Below the pieces are notes generated by a model that had not been told where the DNA came from, ran no database searches, and saw nothing but the letters and a program-made list of their open reading frames with translations. A stretch of DNA of 64,000 bases from Ascidiella aspersa (taxonomy: Eukaryota). The stretch covers positions 20,026,001-20,090,000 of the forward strand of contig OZ004609.1 of assembly GCA_963924565.1 (NCBI GenBank). The letters run 5' to 3'. Positions within the stretch are counted from its first letter, which is position 1, and the number at the start of each line of letters is the position of its first letter. Both the position numbers and the translations under genes were made by a program. Positions 13,401 to 26,006 of this stretch are shown here, in pieces.

Positions 13401-16400
13401 AATCATATAGTCAAAATCGACTGTAAGTTTGTTCTGCGCGAAAGCAAGCAGATATCTCAAATGTAGGGATGTGGCGCCGATAATAAAGAATCCACGTTGT
13501 CCAACGAAACGGCAAGTTAACAGTACCCCACTGCGTCATCAGACGATATTAGTGTTGGAAATTGTAACCGGACTGTCGTGTAAATCACCGACGCTGCTTC
13601 CACGCTCGCAAGACATGCTTGTGCCATTCGACCGCGATCTGGCCCCGGGCAACTCGGTCTCGGGCTATGACGTCACTGTTTACGATCGCCGAAATCCTAC
13701 CGTTTGTGTTGATGCGCCAACGACCAACGTGCAAAGATGCAATCGACATACACACAGGTCATTTCGTTAGCGATGACAGCTTGCAGATTTATGCAATGTG
13801 CGGTTTGTGTTAAATCGTAATAGTATTTTGAGATATAATCGATTACCTTTTTGCTATTTTTAATCCCGCCTACCACGATTGCAAATGCAACAGGAAATGC
13901 ATGTTTTACATATAACAATTTAATCTTTACACAATGTCGCACCTCTAAATCGAGTCCCAAACAAAAGTTGCAGCCTGACTATCTAACATGGTGTCGGCCA
14001 TCAGTATGATCAAGTTATGCCGAGCTAATTACTTATTCATAAACCGGTGCCACTAACCCCCACCTATTGTAAAACCCCTGCGCGTTCAGGCATTCCTGCC
14101 AATGTGCCACGTTAGAGACAAGGTTCAGTGTTCGCACCTGATCTCACATATACCGGCAGACGAAAAACCTATGATAAGCACTTTTTATTTCCACATTTGA
14201 CTTTTTTAATTCGGCTTAGGTGACCGCGTATTCTCTGCTATAACTACAGAAGTAGGCCAACATGTTCAGGAGCCGTTAACGAAACTTGAGAACGTTTCGG
14301 TCCTTAAAAAACACTTTAGAAAAGACACTGTCCACTGTCCAGTGTCCACCTTACTCTGGACCACTTTCCGCCATAAGGCTCTAATTTACTGATCTGGAAA
14401 TAGTTTTTTTTTTTCGTGTCGAATATACGTTTTCAACCGACTCTTGTCTGTAGAAGCAAGGTAGTCTTTTTTCCTAACGTTACGTCCGCTTTACTATACA
14501 GACCTTGTAACGAAAATGCAATCTTTTTTTAACCAATTCGCGCCGGGGTTCTAAACTTGGTGATACGACAGTCCATCGCTTTTTGAAATTGTTCCCAGTC
14601 ATGTTTTGTTATATTCATGCGACGCCGGATACGTGATCAATGGTGATGCTGCAACATGGTGTTCAGGCCAGATTTTATTTTAATTTTCTCGTCACGAAAG
14701 CTGATTGGAGTTTCCCTGGGAAATTACACAGCTGCATCGCTCTAAACTCGTGCGTAGGGGCTTCTACAGGCCTCGGGCCTTGAGAGTGAAACTGTACCAG
14801 TGCAAGTAAAAATGACACTGACATCAGTTCAACACTTTACGATGATAATGTTGCCTTATGACAGAACATGGATTAATTGAATTATGTATTACATGTGGCT
14901 CAGTTCATTATGAAAATTCCACAACATGAGAAACTTAATGTTTAAAAAGGGTCAAAAATACTGCTAAATTTGGTTAAAGTGCCGTGATCCGATTTTTTCT
15001 CTCCATTTTTTTATTTTACTTTCCTTTTACTATATTGTTTTGTTTTATTTTACCTAGTGTACCGTATTGATCAAATCGACACTACTGCAGGTACAAAAAC
15101 CTCTCAATTTTTCGTTGTTGTTAATAAGTCGTCTACAGGTGCAATATCGAAAGCAACGGTGACGTGGTTTGAAACTGATGCGTCGTCGACAAATCGACAA
15201 GAACGGTGCCAGCAAATATGACGCGCACACGTTATTTGCAGCCTATACCCTGTCACGTCCCCGCGTACCAGCGTACATGCTGTCGCCTTGCTGCGTAACT
15301 GCACGGCAAACACGAGCTCAACCGTCACGACTAAATCCGCGCAGCCCTTCCGACAGATCGTTAAAATTTCGTCCTTCGCTTTGACAGGAAATGAACGATT
15401 TCAACGAGGAACCTCTGAGCGACATCCAGACCCCCAAGACCGGGCGGGAATTCAGCTTCGCGCCGCCCGACGAGGTTTGTCGGCTTCGTGTGTGTTTTTT
15501 GCGCAAGAGACACTAACTATATAGCGACCGCCTTACTTGACCTGATCCAAACCTGGGTTCACCCGGGTTTTCTATTGATTGTGGCTGCGAAGCCTGTCAC
15601 GTGACTACTTATTGTCGTGCTACAATGGCGTGTCGACTTATTTCGAATAATTCATACAGAATCTACAATTTATTAAATGGTGATAACGAATTATTCCTTG
15701 TTGGATCAATTTGTTTAGAAAACTTTTTATTGCGGGCTTTAAACCATGGCCTTTAAACTGCCGAAAGTGTTGAACTCCGATTTAGAAAAAACGCCCCTTA
15801 AGTAAGTTTTCCAGTGTGTTTTTTCATGTATTTTGAAACATAGAATGTTAGATATTTTTGCGCTGAGTTGGCGTTGGTTATTGTAATTCTATTCACGATA
15901 TTTTGTAAGTTAATCATCAAAAACGTTGTGTGTTTTACATACTATAATTAAAGCAGGCTCATGCATGGTGTACACTGTGCATATGCAAATAATATAGAGG
16001 ATCTTTGTTATCCGCTCAACGCCAAACTTTTGATCCAAAACTCTTAATTTTCCTGGAACTATGTGACCAAATTATCCTGCACAACTACCAGCGATTTGTT
16101 GATAATTAATAGTCGACTTGCTTTTTTCCGCAGATCAGGGAAAACGAATACACGTTAACCGATAAAGGTAGGCAGAAATTGCTATTTTTATTTTTATTCA
16201 TTTATTAGCCCTATACAAGTCATTTAAAGCGATTAAATAAAAAGTCATCAACGACGTGTTATTCGAACAGCTCAATCAATAAATCGATGTAATGTAACAA
16301 TGAAAGGTTCTCCTTTACCGTGTATTGTATATACTCGTTTAAACGTTTTACTGTCGCTTTTACCTGTATTCTTATTTAGTTTTATCGAAATTTATTTTTA

Positions 16401-19400
16401 ATAGATTTTTAACGAACCAGCAAACTTTGTATAATATGTTTTATTTGTACTAGTTTGCTTTATATATGTATATTTTTATTTAGCTGGATGTTAAATTTTG
16501 GACACGCCTTCGTATACGTCTCCTCAAAAGCATCTAGTTTTTGAAAACACTAATTATTCAACTTTTTTAGCAATCCGTTTTAGTTTTTGAAAAACAGTTT
16601 TTGAAAACACTAATTATTCAACTTTTTTAGCAATCCGTTTTAGTTTTTGAAAAACAGTTTTTGAAAACACTAATTATTCAACTTTTTTAGCAAATCCGCA
16701 TGATACATCACGCTTACCCAACAACCCTTATTGTAATCACAATTTACTTAAAATTGCCTTTCAAATGCAACAAACACACGAACGTTTAAAGGCGTTGAAG
16801 TCGCCCCTTTTACAACTCGCGCATCGATCATTACCAGTCGGCGCACAATTTGCAACTTGTTGTTTTATTGGGCAGTTCCCTCGAACTCTCGACGAGAGAC
16901 GGAGCACTCTATCGCACCAACAGCCACAACTGCGACCGGCGAAGTTCTGAGGTGAGCCATTTCGTTCGTTTGCCTGTGCTGGCGAACTGCGTTATGCCAA
17001 ATCGCCAACTTATGACTTACTGGAAAGCGATTCCAAACTCATTTCTTTGCGTTTACGACGCCCGCTTGTTTGCGTCTGGAGCAGGGCCCAGGTGCTTTCT
17101 TCGTGTCTAAAGGCAGCCTTTCGTCTTTTTGACGATTATCACATTCACATACGCTGACGCGTTCAATAGCGTGCCTCTTTGCGGATTTGACACATCCTGG
17201 TGACCTTGTTTTTAATACAACGTCATCGACCTTGATTCTCTCGTATTTTATTGCGCGTAGGATTGCGTCGTTAAGTTCCGCTCGGCTACACACGTTTGGC
17301 ATTATGAAAAACGAACGCAAATATTGGGAGCCTGATATTGGATTTGGCGTTTCATTTTACTTTTTTGGCTCATTACCATAACTTCACTCGTTACCATAAG
17401 AATCCCAAGTGAATCTGCTTAATCCTCTTATAACTGTCACTTCATTTTTTTATGATATTCAACCAATTGGCAGCGGCGCAGCACCCGTTTATAATACTTA
17501 AACCCAACATAAACCTGGTTTGGCCTATCGTGCCCCCCACCGTTTGTCTACGTTTCTACATTACTACTGCCATTCAATCGCGATTTCCGTTTCTCTGTTG
17601 CAGCGACGACAGCGACTCTAGCGGCAGCGACGCTTCGGAAAGCGATGACAGCGATGACGGCGACGCCGAGCCCGGAGCCGACAGCTGGAGCAAGTGGTTA
17701 ATCGGACCAAACGAGGAAGACAAGGGTCACTCCAGTCCCGCGCCAAGCCGAAAAGGCGGCAAGTCCGACTCGCTTGCTATGAGCGACAAGTCGACAGGCG
17801 GTCAAACCGGCCAGGCATCGGCGCCGTCTAAGCATAGCAGCCGAGGTCGCGGCAGCAGTAAAGTGCCAAGCCAGTCACACGGCTCACAGCCTCTTTCCAA
17901 TAACGACGAGCCGAGATCGTCGTTTTCCTCCAAACACACCAAAGGTGGGTAAAATTACCTTTTATGTAGCTAAATGAGTTAACAGCTGCTAAATTCTTAC
18001 CTATCGTTTATCTATACGCACGGCATTTTGTATAAAGGGAGGGTTCCTGAAAAGCGCGAGTCTCAAAATCATTCCAAAAGCAATCATCAGCACCGGGGTC
18101 GCAATAGCTCCGCCTCTAGGTCGCCCTCGGTGTCGGGGAATTCCCAAGCATCCTCAGCTGCTGTCCGAATCTCAACCGGCGCTTCCCACCAGAGCACGAA
18201 ACGTCCCAAGGACGGCAGTTCGCGTTCATCGAGCCGCGAAACCCCGAGCGGTCGCCACAAAGGCCAAACCACCACAAGCAGTGTCAGCAATAGCAATCCC
18301 AAGTCCGGGTCGACGTCCTTTGACAAGACTCGCAGCGACCAAAAGCCAAGCAAACTCGCCAACCAGCATCGTAAGGCCGGCGGCAAGTTAGAGTCGGAGC
18401 ACGCCGAGTCATTAACGCCGCGCTCAGTGAACAACAACAGCAACAACAACGAGGTTTCTCCCAACGTGAGGAACGTGACCGTGTCGCACACGCAACAGGT
18501 CAGTACCCACCAGAGGATCGGCAACAAGCGTCCCCGCGGCAGGATAGAGCCTTCTTCCGTCGCCGAATCTTCAGACTCCTCGGAAAGCGACTCTTCTGAC
18601 GAAGAGGACGATAAGACGGCGGCCGAAACCATTCTACGCGACTCTTCCTCCAGCTCATCCGAGTCTTCCGATTCAGACGCGGAAGACGATCTTCCGACCC
18701 GCTCCCACACTCCGTCCCCTGTTAGGCCGCCGCTTCAGCATGCTCCTCCCACTGTCAACGTGTTCAGGGAGCGAACCGGCTCCTCCTCTTCCACGTCCAA
18801 AGTTGCAAAACTCGAGCTATCCACTAACTACCCCTCTTCCCCTACTAAGAAGCAGGCGAGCAGCTATGGAAAGAGCGTCTCCTCGGCTTCTCGTCGCTCG
18901 GCCCCCAGCCCTATCGCACGCAAGGACATGTCACCGTCATCCAACGCTAGACCTGCGCATAAAGCGACCAGGGACGCGAAGCTTCACAACGCTACCACCA
19001 CTGACTCTTCTCGCAGAGACCACAACTCTTCTTCCATGTCTTCCAAGCACGAAAAGACGGCGCGCCTGTCGGATTACTCGCGCAGAGCGTCGCCGGCCCC
19101 GAAGTTGAGCAAGGCGTCGCCGCGATTCGACTGTTTCCCGTCGCTCTGGGTTCGGCTTAAGCCCGATGAACCGATACCGGGTCGGACTGAGCGACTCGAC
19201 GACCGGACGAACCACGAGGCTGCCAAGGTGCATTCCCAACGTGCCTCAGCGTCACCCGAACTTTCGAAACCGGAGCGCGCCGGCCGCTTGACCACCATGT
19301 CGACTGGCAGCGAGACCGAACAGCCCATTCGCCGCGCCAAGGACGTACAGGTAAGTTTTGCAACACTTTTTTTTATTTGACGCAGTAAAACGATTTTTAA

Positions 19401-22400
19401 AGCACCGAGATAGCGGCGATTCAAGAAAATACTTCATATATTTATTACCTTTTTCTTGATTTTAAAGTTCTTATACTAAAGTTTACTTTTGTGTGTGTCT
19501 AACTTGCACACGAGCGATTGAGCTTGGTATCAAGTAAATTTGGCCGGTAAACTAATAAAAGTCCAAAAAGCTGTAGTACGCAATCTTTTGGCAAACCTGC
19601 GAGACACCCGTTTTTAAAACGGTAAAAGTCGACCGAATATCGAGGCGCTGTTTTGGGCGATCGTTTGCGCTGCGATGCTAAACGCGAGCTCAATCGAGCT
19701 CAATCGGATGAATCCAGTTTCCCGCGTCCGGTATCTTTCCAGCACTATTACTCAATAATGCCAACCGCCCCTACCGCCCTTTTTCTGTAAAGGGCGCAGA
19801 GCAAAGGCTTGCAGCAACTTGTACAAAAAAGTTGCAAAAAACGATTTACCAGACCCACCGAGGTTGAACTGCTGACAGTTCGTAATACGTTTGATTGCAA
19901 TATAATTAAATCAAGGTATGTTCAAATAGTTTGGTTTAATAGGGCTTCACTTTTTTTATGTTATTCTTGTTTTGCGTGGTCGATATGGGTTATATATTTT
20001 TACATTAAAGTACCAGTAGACGACAAAAAAGGTTTTATAAACTTTTAAAAGCTCCGGGCTTCACTATTTGATTCAAAGTTTTTCGTTCAATGCAAACTAT
20101 TTCTAATACCTGTTTCCAAGATAGATGACAATGGTGCGCCGCAGTACAGAGTGAATATTTATGGACTTTTCAGTTGTGAGTGTGGTGGCGTCGTAATCTC
20201 ATGGTACATAGTGCATTAAGCCTTTGTACGTGGCTTGTGGTATCAAGTAAACCAGCACTAAACACCAAAAGACTTTTGGTTGTAACTTTTCGGCTATTCA
20301 AACTTAAACTTGAAAGTGGGAGATCTCGGTTTTTATTACACCCCTTTTCTACTACTGGTGATAATTGGCACGACAACATGAAACGTCCTGATTTCTGGCA
20401 CTATTCCTTAGTAATGTGATTGTTCTCTCACAGGTCCAGGCGGCCAGTTCAAGTGACCTGTCACCTCACAACAGCAACCAGCACAAGCGAAAGTTCGTCC
20501 CGACCACCTCCTCCGCCTTCCCCGCCAATCATCCTCAGCAAGCGCAACTGTCGGTCAGCAGCCACGCTAACTCGCTGGCGCCTCCCAACCAGAAGAGTAA
20601 GCGACGAAAGCGCGAGAACCTCTCGCCCGCCGCCGAACCAGAGGTCGGTACAGCTACGCGCCATGGCATACTTGTAGTTTGTGCACTTTTTAGGGGGTTT
20701 TAAAAACAATTGCATTGCTAATCGTTTTGCGCTGGCGCAGTTTTTGGTTTTAGGAGCACATAATTGCACGACAGCGACAAACACGGCCTCGCATTTTCCA
20801 AAACGTGACGCAAACCACGCGTAAATGGTTTTAACTCAAATTTTGGAAATTCCCTCGAGACTGACGCGGCCGTAGTTTTAATTGGAAATAGTGGATACCA
20901 ATAACTTTAAAGAGTTAAGCATAAGTGCTGCGCAATGACTAATTTCGCCATTTGTATAGTCGATCCAATTAGTAATATCCGAGATTTGACATTGGGTGAC
21001 CTTTCGTTCAGCCAACTACGCAACGAAGCGTCACGCCGGAAGCCGGCAAGCAATCACGTGACGAGAATAGCCATTGGAAGGACAGAAGAAAAACGTGAGT
21101 GCTGTATATTTTGCCTCATCAAATCGGATCTAATGTCGAACGTTGTCATGTACTGCTCATCCTGTCACGATCAATACCTTTAATAGTTTCGTGACTGCAA
21201 GTAACGCAATCGATGATCGACATGATTGCTTGTCCCTTAATGAATTTTGTCCGCCTTGGCAATAATTATTTGACATTTTAAACTTTTTAAGGTGCTGTAT
21301 TAAAGCTGGTTTGCATAAATCGGCCGAGTTTCATAACGACAAACTAAACTGAAAATGTTCACATTCTCTGTAGAAAAGTTGAACTATTTATTTACTACAC
21401 ACCACAATTTTCGCTAAAGTTGTATGTTCTTTATGAAATATTCTTTTTCAACAATTAATTGTGAATACTTTTTTTGCTTATTGCTTCTCCAAGCAGCCCA
21501 TATCCGTCCAACCGCGAAAAGTCAACCAACAGTTCAAGCCAAACCAGTAATCCCGCCAACAGCCGACCGACAAATGTAAGTACTGGCCGTTTGGTTGTTT
21601 GATTGCCAGATGGTTTGCCGTCCAGTTCAGATAATTACAGAGTGAAAATCAACCGTCAGTTAGATTTCTTGTAAATTCTACCTAGTTTCTGTGTATCAAT
21701 CATGTTCACCATGCATCGACCAGCTGTTTTTGCCAGGGTAATATTCGGGACGATTAAATTAGTAGAGTGTCGACTAAGATTTAAAGTAAATATTTTAATA
21801 ACTATAGGAGAGCACTAAATATTAATAAACCACAACAGTGCAAAAGTAGTCTTCGCAGATTTTACGTTACCATATATATATCTTTATAAACTGCGCTGTT
21901 TAGCCTAAAAATGAAAGTAAATTTATTTAGTGCCAAGTGTGAACCGATTGCGTGTTTTGTGCAGGAATTGTGCCAAAGTACATCGTCGTCGGCGAGTGCA
22001 GGGGTAGCAGCGATCGTGTCCGAACCCGATTCAAGTTGGCCAGAACAGCAGAGGTTAGTGTTGGCCGCTTGGCATTTGTTTTATGTTCTATAAGGGATAA
22101 AGTGTACCTATAACTTGCGTAACTTGTTTGAACAAATCTTTCAAAATACGCTTTTGTTTCATGTTTTTCACTACGAAACTGATCCACTTGGTCAATTTTT
22201 TGCGCAATTTGCTCATGATATGTTTTTTTGTTGTTTGACGCGAAAAACAAATGCTTGAAGAAAACAACAGAAAAACTTTTTTAGGCTTCTGCGTTCGGAC
22301 GACTACATGAAGGAAGGCAAGCGGCTCAAACACGAAGGCGATGCTTGCGTGGACGCGCGAACTGGACGCACGAGGCCCGGCGAAGCGCTCAGTCGCGCGC

Positions 22401-25400
22401 TAATCTACTTCGAGGCAGCCCTCTGCTTCGTCATGAACGGTTACATGCTCGAGATCGAAAACGTGAACGGTGAGCCGGGGTTGGAAGTTTATGTTTGTGT
22501 GAATCATTTGTCGTTTCCCGGATACGTAAAAACACACCTAAAATGTCAAAACGGTATAAACTGTAATATTAAGGTCATACGCACTCCTTTGATCAATGTC
22601 CCTAACCGGTCACACCCACTAAGGCTTAAAATAGATGATTATGTAATTACATCGATTAAAACAGTTCATGATTTAATTGCGTAGAAAAGTTAAATTTGAA
22701 ACGTCGAAACAGGTATCATCAAAACATATCAAAAGTTATAGTTAGAAGAATTTAAAATGTTAAATCAAAGCGTGTAAAAGTCCATATATTGATTGCCTGC
22801 AATAACCATGTTTTAGCACAAATATATCAGTTGTTCCAGACACAGCGTTTTGCAAAATCACCATTTTCAACCGACCTTCGGCAAGTTTCTGAAGCTTGTC
22901 CGGCCATTGCGAAATGCTAACAGTTGAACTTCTTGAGGCGGTATAGCCCTGTGTGGTTTTCCGATTAACATTCAAAAATTGTATCGTTTCTTTCAGAAAG
23001 CAACCATTAATTTATAAAGGGAAAATTCGCTGCACTAAATCCACAATTGTATATTCGCACTTATCCTCTTATCCCAAACTGTCAAATTAAAACCTTAAGC
23101 TAGTTTTTTTAACAAAAAGATTTACACTTTGTGAAATTAGATAAGATAATTAAAACCTTACGTTGCTGCGCTCGCAGATCGCCAGGACAACTCGGGCTCG
23201 CCGCATTCGCCGTCAAGCATGTACCACCAGACCATCTCGCTGCTCGACTACATCATGAAGATGAGGCCGCACGACGACCAGCAAGAAACTGCCTTCAAAA
23301 GGCTCAACCTGTCGTGGTAGGTCGAGACCCTGGACTATATTTTCCAAATGGCAAACGATTGCTTCAATATTTGCGGAGAAGGATGATTTGTGTTTAAATT
23401 AGCACCTACGCATCTTTTTTCGACCCAAGGCGGTTATAAACCGTTTTCTATTTTTGTTTATAAAATTTATTTTTTACGTATTTTTCTGCCTACGTTTTCA
23501 TAACGCCTAGAATGATCTTGATAGCGTCAAGCCACATGCAGTAGCGTTCTGGATTTAATCTAGGCGGGCAATAAAATATTCATAAACTGCGGTGTCTCGT
23601 TCGGTCGTGATTTATGGAAAACTGGCCTTGCGTATAATCCTAATCTACATCTACATCGCGGCAAGTGACAGAATATTTGAAGGTGACTACAGTGAAGCAA
23701 GATGGGGAACCTAAAATGGTCTACACTAATCTACACTAATTCTTTTACATTGTGGTCAACGCTATAAACCATGTTAATAGGCTCAATGCTAACCTAGTTG
23801 GATTGAAATATTCGTGATTAAATGTACTGTTTTTGTTTTTCAGTTTGCGGTGTCAAGCTCTTCTGTATTTACGGGTTTATAAGCTCAAGAAGGACATAGC
23901 CAGCGGATATTTTGACAACATATCCGATTTTTATAAGGTGAGTGCCTTGTTATCTTTTATTTTCACTCGAACAGGAAATATACATCATATCTTTACTATT
24001 GCTGCATTAATTCAGCAATATTGTTTCCTACAAAAATTATTTAGGTATGAGTAACATAAACCTTTACTGGCATTTACGGCGTTCGCTTTTTTAGGGTTTT
24101 TGTAATTAATCTTCGTAACCACTCGACTATTTTAGCATTCTAGTTAATTAAATACTTTCTGTTTAAGCCTGTACCTAAACTAAAACGCACTTGACCCCAA
24201 CGCAGTCTGCCAACAAAGCGAGTCGGACACCATCGCCCTGGCACCCTTGTGCGACCTCCGGTGGTCAGAACGCCGTCTCCCCTGTCTCGCCCGCCGTCCC
24301 CTCCCCCTACGGAAGCGCGATCGCTGGCCCGTCACCAATCGGTGGACCTGGCAGTTACGAATCTGTTTCAAGTTCCACTCAGGTAATATTAATCTGTTTT
24401 ATTGTAGTGATCAGAATTTTCTTTCGAATAACAGAACCTGCCTGAATTCGAATGGTGAAAAATACCGATTATGGCTGCGCATCAATGATAAAGATTAAAC
24501 TAAGTACAGAACTTGGTTACCCGAAAATCAGTTTGTTTGGATGTTGAAATATGATGAATATATTTCGCTATTAAAAGCTTCATATCTTAATTCGAATGAA
24601 TCCCTTTTTTTGTTGTACTAGTATTTTTTATTTGGCAGCAATGGTAGTTGAAAAACTGATTTGCTGTCTATCAGTGATTCCCAAACTGTGTGCCGCGGCA
24701 CACTAGTGTGCCTCGAGAGATCGCCAAGTGTGCCGCGAAACTTTTGTAATTTTGGAAAATAGAGTATTTGTATTACCAATAGGCATACACGCAAGCATTT
24801 TAGACTTAAATACGCACTACCCATTGCAAATTATTAATACTTAGACATTTGCATATAGTTTGTCGTGTGTTAAGAGCGATTGTAAAATTACTCTACTGTT
24901 GTTCTGTTAAAAGTGTGCCGCGAGTAAAATAAGTTTGGGAACCACTGCTATAGATAGTAAATTGATTACACGTCAAAGGCATTTTAAAGATACAACCTTC
25001 TCTGTAAACGCCTCTTGTCTTTTGCAACAGGTGAACAACAACTCACACGGCATGCAAGGTAACGGTGGAGGCAGCGGTGGCAAGATTACGTCGCCGCCCA
25101 CTCCGAGCAGCAGCTTTCCGCCCAAGATGTACGACATCTTCAAGCACTACCACACCATAACCGGCAGTCTGATGCAAGCGCACGAGAAGTGGGAGCAGGC
25201 CGAGGCCGCGCAAGCAGAGCACGCAGGTCTGTCGCTTTCACCGGTCTGCCATTTGTATATAGTGAGGGTTTTCATTTGTTAAACTCTGTGTAGAGGCGTT
25301 TTGTCGAAATGGCTCTGTGCCTGATAATGTCGTCCTTAACTTGTGAGTTGAGGCGATATTCGGGACAAAACGTATCGCGATTCGTACCAAATGACCCCAT

Positions 25401-26006
25401 TACTATGACAACAAGTAAAATAAAGGAAATTAAAAGGTTGTAAAGTAATTTTTATTTGGTTATTAGGCCGAAATTCGCATTAGCTTTTAAAAGTTTTACA
25501 TAGTTACCTCAAGTTGCTATCGTATTATTATAAGATAAATTTACATTTTAAGGTAGAAATCGTTAGGTCGCATCGCAAAACATGACTGAAATTCCTATAT
25601 TAATTTGGGTATCCGATACCACCCTGATTGACATTGGATATATCGGCTCCGATCCGATACTGTCAGACATCCCTACTTATGAGCTACTTTATTAAAATAT
25701 TTTAGCCTTTTTTTCGAAAAGTTAGTTGTTTAGTTGTTTTACAGGAAAGCATAACGCTATCCTAAATAACAACGTCCAAACAACTTTATATATATATATT
25801 TGTACGTCAGGGCCCGGTAAAAAAAAACATTATGTCCGTAAAGGTTTTTAATAGGATCATTGTATTTTCTAGACTTCTTTCGCAACGTGGACACTCTCTG
25901 CGCTCGCAGTTTGATGCTGCACAGCTCACTGCGCGACATGGCCACTTACAACAAGGTCGTACTCCACCAACTACGCGCAGTCTACCTTAAGTCGCCGCGA
26001 GAATAG
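7453..26006 (+). CDS. AFF4: AF4/FMR2 family protein (AFF1-4/lilliputian orthologue), super elongation complex scaffold; 5'-partial multi-exon CDS
   Basis: Phase-consistent GT-AG exon chain: 7453-7654, 8530-8629, 10085-10149, 10518-10555, 11756-11833, 15388-15474, 16134-16167, 16876-16951, 17604-17944, 18038-19350, 20434-20643, 21012-21094, 21494(or 21497, NAGNAG)-21575, 21965-22053, 22285-22469, 23178-23316, 23844-23937, 24206-24382, 25031-25226, 25873-26006 (TAG). Total 3723 nt. Motifs: DSLASSIHDVLGD (cf. AFF4 DKLSSRIQSMLGN, cyclin T1-binding region), VEQIFREM...PLSDIQTP (cf. VDEILKEM...PLTAIHTP, ELL-binding), Ser-rich middle, and the C-terminal homology domain (SDDYMKEGKRLKHEGD, LRCQALLYLRVYKLKKD, HEKWEQAE, DFFRNVD). 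The start exon was not located and may lie upstream of the window. The symbol is family-level; the paralogue is not resolved. Confidence 0.9.
16536..16698 (+). repeat. Tandem repeat, 60-bp unit x ~2.7
   Basis: agtttttgaaaacactaattattcaacttttttagcaatccgttttagtttttgaaaaac is repeated exactly in an AFF intron. Confidence 0.95.
24672..24947 (+). mobile_element. hAT-type MITE family A, copy 1 (AFF intron)
   Basis: TIRs cagtgattcccaaact...agtttgggaaccactg. The internal sequence is homologous to the inverted copy at 36410-36693. TSD degenerate (ctgtctat/ctatagat). Confidence 0.85.
25348..25675. mobile_element. Degenerate hAT-type MITE remnant with CCGAT repeats (last AFF intron)
   Basis: The right end ...ccgatccgatactgtcagacatcccta is flanked by the near-duplication cttgtgag/cttatgag (7/8). 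The left TIR is decayed. Confidence 0.45.

Noticed and set aside
48-15524. Numerous 60-115 aa ORFs in the AFF upstream and intronic region, considered as nested genes
   Set aside because: No recognisable motifs, many use non-ATG starts, and apart from the AFF exons they form no consistent exon chain.
16536-16698. CRISPR-like array
   Set aside because: Contiguous identical units without spacers, in a eukaryotic intron, with no cas genes.
18087-19437. Long antisense ORFs (207, 116 and 100 aa) over the large AFF exon
   Set aside because: Shadow ORFs of a GC-rich, Ser-rich coding exon with no independent features.
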